Assembly: GCA_049511835.1 (NCBI GenBank)
Contig: JBEKXN010000002.1
Span: forward strand, 11,219-75,218
DNA from: Verrucomicrobiota bacterium
Lineage (GTDB): Bacteria > Verrucomicrobiota > Verrucomicrobiia > Limisphaerales > UBA11358
Reading direction: 5' to 3'
DNA: 64,000 nt
The position numbers were made by a program, and so were the translations under genes. The notes beneath the pieces were generated by a model that did no database searches, had not been told where the DNA came from, and worked only from the letters and a program-made list of their open reading frames with translations. Shown in pieces: positions 63,966 through 64,000 of this stretch. The stretch's first letter is position 1. Each line of letters opens with the position of its first letter.

Positions 63966-64000
63966 TCGGTGCCCGGCCCGCCGACAGTGCCCCAATTTGC

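Overview
The window is 64 kb of a GC-rich bacterial chromosome. Gene content and repeat style suggest a PVC-type organism, probably Verrucomicrobiota, but this is inference only: the evidence is a PEP-CTERM protein, many PAS kinases and dense GTAG-type palindromic repeats. Most of the window is syntenic housekeeping. It includes rseP (5' truncated), ispG, yajC, secDF, terC-like, recJ, an RRM RNA-binding protein, infA, ispD, ctpA, tsaD, hrpB, aspartate aminotransferase, alpha-glucan phosphorylase, ppnP, glnS, purE, pgsA, bcp and a second peroxiredoxin. There is also a large two-component inventory: three large PAS/hybrid kinases, four single-domain receivers and one degenerate kinase. Visibly AT-richer orphan genes for secreted or lipoproteins are scattered through it. 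I found no rRNA, tRNA or CRISPR by eye. There are three main observations. (1) A two-gene module at 57226-60260 looks like an ExbB/TolQ-type channel plus an ExbD/TolR-type Asp-helix protein. Both carry very large non-canonical extensions and no Ton/Tol/flagellar/Zorya partner is nearby, so it is a candidate undescribed ion-driven envelope machine. (2) There is a complete REPtron: an IS200/IS605-like RAYT transposase flanked by GTAG hairpin REPs. At least five further palindromic repeat families share GTAG/CTAC-type ends. (3) Nine of these repeats sit in frame inside essential or housekeeping genes (ispG x2, recJ, tsaD, hrpB x2, a YkgJ-like gene, glnS x2), which recalls the Rickettsia palindromic elements. 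Other notable items are a DHp-only kinase paralog with His-to-Arg at the phosphoacceptor, an ABC-2 permease pair disrupted by two insertions and lacking an ATPase, and decayed tfoX cassettes. Two unannotated tandem small membrane protein genes also lie upstream of glnS. All homology calls are by eye and none has been confirmed by a database search.
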